Source of the DNA: a virus | Virus record (IMG/VR): IMGVR_UViG_3300023296_000994 | Strand: one strand, 5' to 3' | Length of the DNA stretch: 64,000 nucleotides | Shown: one piece after another, positions 62,073 through 64,000 of the stretch | Numbering within the stretch: the stretch's first letter is position 1 | How the letters are laid out: each line of letters begins with the position of its first letter | The notes under the pieces: model-generated | The model's database searches: none | The model's input: the letters and a program-made list of their open reading frames with translations, nothing else | What the model was told of the DNA's origin: nothing | Translations under genes and position numbers: made by a program

Positions 62073-62885
62073 GTCAATGCCGATGGGTATATCAAAGAAT
62101 TCTGATATTTCCTCATCTTCTATTTCTACTTTTATCCTCAAATCTACATCAGGTTGGATTTTTTGTATATATTCCTTTAGTAATATAGAATCACTTGAAA
62201 GTAAATACGTATCTACAAAATCATTAATAGTCGAACGGGAATCATCGCCATCTACAGAAGTTATTATGTGCTTCATTCTAGTGGAGTTGGTTCTTTCTAT
62301 TCCAGATGTATTCTTTTTAGCCTGCCGCGTTAAGTCACTCTTTATAGCTGCTTCGGCATGACCATCTAATATCTTAAATGTAATTTGCTTATTAGAATTC
62401 GGTAATAGAAATGGTACGTTATTACCATGCTCTGTAAACAAATCTTCATCAAATTCTTTATCTTTTAATGTGGTGAGGTCTATTTCAACTTCATGCGGGT
62501 CATCTAACTTAGGAATAATAATTGAAACGCCGTATAACTTACCATATCCAAGTACTCGGGATGCAACCATTATCGCGTTCTTATCACCTAAAACCAAATC
62601 TCTATAATTAAACGATACACCTTCACCGTTACTAATTATCAATGATTCGAATAATTTGTCTAAAACTATTCCTTTTTTTATTAATGACGGTGTTGAAAGT
62701 ATATCTTCCTCACGGGCAGTCATATATTTCATTTCGACCATACCCGATCGTAAAGGATGGCCTTCTGGATATAGGAGGCCTTTTGACGGTAAATCGATTA
62801 TTTCAGTAGGAAACTTTAATTCTGTTTTGGTATACTGGGCAGCGACTTGCGCTTTTAGCGCATCATTTGATAATTCTGTTGACAT
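62052..62885 (-). CDS. Tail assembly chaperone / gp26-like hub assembly protein
   Basis: LPSKG..YP, MTAREEDIL, GD..AI....R..GYG, FFWP end. Confidence 0.75.
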   Translation of the reverse strand: MSTELSNDALKAQVAAQYTKTELKFPTEIIDLPSKGLLYPEGHPLRSGMVEMKYMTAREEDILSTPSLIKKGIVLDKLFESLIISNGEGVSFNYRDLVLGDKNAIMVASRVLGYGKLYGVSIIIPKLDDPHEVEIDLTTLKDKEFDEDLFTEHGNNVPFLLPNSNKQITFKILDGHAEAAIKSDLTRQAKKNTSGIERTNSTRMKHIITSVDGDDSRSTINDFVDTYLLSSDSILLKEYIQKIQPDVDLRIKVEIEDEEISEFFDIPIGIDFFWPGA

Positions 62886-62902
62886 AACTTATTTTCGTTT
62901 AA

Positions 62903-63391
62903 TTAGAATTGTAAAATTGCAAAATCATAGGAGAGCGAAAGAGTAATTGTTGAAAATGCGTCTTCAGCCCAATCCATAGCAGAAGGAGTCATATTCAATA
63001 TAAATGCTCCTTTAAGTGTCCATTCTTCTACCTTATCACCAAGTGGTCCTAAGACGTTAATAGTAATATCCTTTTTATAGAAGTCAGCGTAGCCTGCACG
63101 GCCTGTTACTGATTCATAATGTAACCTCATCCATTCCATTACCGCTTGTGCACCAGATGGTACAATTGGATCATACAATGTCAATTCGATATCCTGCCAT
63201 TCAGTCTTACCAGTTACATGTCGTTTTGTATTTATATGATCTAATGTTACTTTGTTAGTAGTAAAGTTTGGTCTTGCCGCACCTTTGATCATAAACGATG
63301 GGATTCCATCAACATACATAATAAATCTATGATTCTGTTTTGGCTGAAATGTACGGAACATTAGCTCATTAGGATCAATTAGTTCTGGCAT
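62903..63391 (-). CDS. Tail tube protein (gp19-like)
   Basis: PKQ..RF, W..I.LTLYDP, YKKDI, EEW.LKGAF, LSYD. Confidence 0.85.
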   Translation of the reverse strand: MPELIDPNELMFRTFQPKQNHRFIMYVDGIPSFMIKGAARPNFTTNKVTLDHINTKRHVTGKTEWQDIELTLYDPIVPSGAQAVMEWMRLHYESVTGRAGYADFYKKDITINVLGPLGDKVEEWTLKGAFILNMTPSAMDWAEDAFSTITLSLSYDFAILQF

Positions 63392-63413
63392 TATTCTTAT
63401 TCCTTTGTTTTAA

Positions 63414-64000
63414 TTACTGTATATAAGTATCATTAATTTTAGATTTATCTTTATTAAAATCGGATTCCCATATTATGCCAACAACATATCCATTAGATTT
63501 TAACAATTCAATTCTATCTAAGTCAGATTTCCATATATCTTCAGCTATCTTGTGAATTTGTGTGTGGTAATAATCTTTATCATACTTTATTGGATTACAG
63601 TGCCAATAATCACCAAAATATTCTATAACTTTATTTTCACTTGGTATAAATATATCTACTGATATGGCAACATCTTTTAAGAAACATTCAAGTTTAGCAT
63701 CACTATATTTTTGTTTAACTATTTCATATAGCTGTCGCTGTCCATTTGAAATTGATTTTCCGTTCGATTGTACGTGTGGTAAATATACTGCATATGGAAC
63801 ACCATACTTTTCCATCATTGTTTTTTTATTCAATTCTGGATTATTGTAATTCTCATCCCCATATCTTTTCAATTTGGTCCGTCTAACTTTATCTTGGCAT
63901 TTTTAGTATTCCAATGATTTTTTTCACTGTTAGCCCAGACTTGTAATTTCTTTCTTTTTTCAATTGATGAAACACTGCAGTAATTTGAACAATACTGGGC
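63414..64000 (-). mobile_element. Vsr/DUF559-like homing endonuclease, 5'-truncated by the window and frameshifted near 63900
   Basis: YCSNYC, KRYG/EKYG repeats, VDIF...IEYFGDYWHCNP...IWE. A 5-A run breaks the frame. Confidence 0.7.

Overview
A 64-kb segment of a large T4-like (contractile-tail) phage genome. It is AT-rich, uses the standard genetic code, and essentially every real gene is on the minus strand. Twelve TTTG-N20-TAnnTTnn-type promoters point to a Bacteroidota/FCB host. Left to right: (1) an RNA island (about 30-3520) with a ~1 kb GOLLD-like ncRNA carrying an embedded tRNA, several atypical tRNAs (Gly-ACC, His with a long variable arm) and a GIY-YIG endonuclease; (2) early genes including a MoxR-type AAA+ ATPase and a VWA/metallopeptidase; (3) a CCA-adding enzyme/HD fusion and other probable head-packaged proteins; (4) a ~14 kb glycan biosynthesis cluster containing an Acb1-like 2H phosphoesterase; (5) GroEL/GroES and a T4-like replisome (clamp loader, clamp, split PolB, helicase, 5' exonuclease, RecA, SSB, NrdJ, dUTPase) interleaved with candidate DNA-modification enzymes (three Mom-like GNATs, a DruA/DUF4338-like protein, a GT-B); (6) a tail/baseplate module. 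The most striking signal is in PolB. It is fractured around a free-standing endonuclease, and its halves carry a non-splicing split-intein (Hint) remnant. Its catalytic YVDTDS motif is interrupted by ACT-TA-ACT (matched codons around a stop, directly behind an 11-bp hairpin), the signature expected of a programmed ribosomal hop. All family assignments come from motif recognition, not database searches.
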